Below the pieces are notes generated by a model. The model worked only from the letters and a program-made list of their open reading frames with translations, ran no database searches and was not told the origin of the DNA. 64,000 nucleotides of DNA. Origin: Felis catus (Eukaryota). The DNA lies in contig NC_058368.1 in NCBI RefSeq assembly GCF_018350175.1, positions 101,682,001 through 101,746,000 of the forward strand, given 5' to 3'. Every line of letters starts with the position of its first letter. Positions within the stretch are counted from its first letter, which is position 1. Shown here piece by piece: positions 62,363-64,000 of this stretch. A program made the translations under genes and the position numbers.

Positions 62363-64000
62363 GGATTAAGGCTGTAAAAATAGAGCCAGTGTGAGAGACT
62401 TGGAGAGAGGGATGTTCGCAGTGACCCAGCTCAGCCACTTAGGCAGCTCTGCCACATTCCTCAGAACAAACAGCTATTACAGTCCGAGCGCACAAAGCCT
62501 GTAGCAGGCCTGGTAATGACAAGCACTGTCAGCACGCTGTAATTAACACGGGGTGGTGTAATTTATAAGGAATGTACTATAGAGTGTAACGCCAATACGG
62601 GGGTGGGGGGGCAGATATCTGCCGCTAGCCTGCAAAATCAAAAGTAGCCTCATCCCTTGATGCGAGCATCTTGCCTCCCAAAGGCGCTTTAATTTATTTC
62701 ATAACTCACAAAAGCCTTTGTCACACCGAGTCACTTTGGGCGCGAGGCAGGAGGAAGCCTTGGAGGTGACCCTTCACCTCCCCTCCCCCTCCCATATTAA
62801 TCAAGAAGGAAAGTCTCAGCAGACTGTCTTTACTGTACATAATTAAGCAGTTCTGAATGCTCAGTGAAACTCCAATGTGATGGCACCGAGCCTGGTAATA
62901 TGACAGTTAATGGGATGAGACCAGCACTTACTCTCTTACTCTGCTTCTATAATAAGCAAAGGTTTTTTTTGTTGTTGTTGTTGCTTTCCAACTGAGGGCA
63001 GGAAGAGAAGGGCGCAGTCACAGAAGATGAAAACAATGACAACACGGGGTTCCTGGGCACCTCCGTCTGCCTTTTATGATTGTCTCCGAAAAGGAAAGTG
63101 CACCCTAACTGGAAGAAATTACCTCTTAATTATCCTTGTTCCGTGGCTGTGATAAGCAAAGGCTTTTACTTCTGCATAGCTGTGGATTGGTGGGAGAGCC
63201 ATTCCCAGAAAATAGCTCTAATGGGAAGGTTTATAGCTCTCTGCTCTTCTCTCTGCCTCCTGCAAGCCTGGAAGCTAGCTGAAATACCGCCTTAATCCTC
63301 CTCCTTTGGTGATGAGGATGTTTAAGAAAATGATGTGTTATTGTGCTTTTAGAGGATGGTCCACATAAGTAGGTGTCCTGAAGGACCAGTTGCTAGGTCT
63401 GTGGCTTTCTTCTGCTGAAACCCCCCACCCCCTGCCCCACATCGCATCCCTTTCCTTCCCTTCAGGAAAGAAAGTGGGTAAAATTACCTCTGAAGCAAGA
63501 CAAATGCTGTGACAGAAATCAGTGGTTATTTTTAGCCGCATATCTTGGTTCGCAAATTAAAAATGCTCGTTGGCTCTGTCCGCGGAACAATGTGGTACCT
63601 AGCAAAACAAAATCGTGCTCTTCGTGCTGAAATGATCCTGCGGAAGAGAAAGCATATCACACACTCATCTGCGGGGCATCCGTGTGGCCCCGTACACTCT
63701 TGTGTTAGGAGACGTCCCTGGGATAAAGAGTAAAACCCAGTGCCCTAATTCAGCAGCCGTCCAAGTGACTACTCTGAATCACTTCCATGTGAGCATATGA
63801 GATGTACACGCCTAAGTGTGTCTGTAGAGAGATCCCGAAAAGGCTTGTCTTACTATTTGGGTTTCCAGAAAGGAAGCGGGGCGGTGGCCTGACAGACGAG
63901 GATTTGCAGAAAGCGGAGATTGGGGGTTTGGGGTTGTCTCTGAGGCTTTGCTGGCCTTCTGCGCTGCTTTTAGAAAGTGCTTGGATTTCCTGAAGAAGAA

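Noticed and set aside
1..64000. Bona fide tRNA/rRNA/snRNA genes, processed pseudogenes, or a foreign (prokaryotic/viral) insert
   Set aside because: tRNA-like boxes belong to SINE heads; no long coding-like ORFs, operon structure or recognisable mRNA-derived sequence were seen.

Overview
Mammalian (Felidae-like) nuclear DNA, apparently non-coding. About 33 tRNA-derived carnivore SINEs are present, several matching the young cat SINEC_Fc type and many with intact target-site duplications (TSDs). Also present are old L1 fragments (including an L1MC-like element nested in an older L1ME-like element), recent carnivore L1 3' ends, L2, MIR and MER5-like relics, MER21C- and MLT1-like LTRs, and a solo ERV1-type LTR. 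A ~6.4 kb two-LTR degenerate ERV1/MER4-group provirus (26902-33272, minus) keeps a polypurine tract and a recognisable env transmembrane/cytoplasmic-tail remnant. No protein-coding gene could be recognised; the ORF track is mostly SINE/L1 read-through or chance. Nearly all L1 and LTR elements are on the minus strand, suggesting a long intron of a plus-strand gene. A few plus-strand micro-exon candidates (best: 33 nt at 54284-54316), a strong CTCF motif (62347-62360) and repeat-poor CpG-richer blocks are noted. Repeat subfamily names come from remembered consensus sequences and need RepeatMasker/Dfam confirmation. I found no convincing novel multi-gene system.
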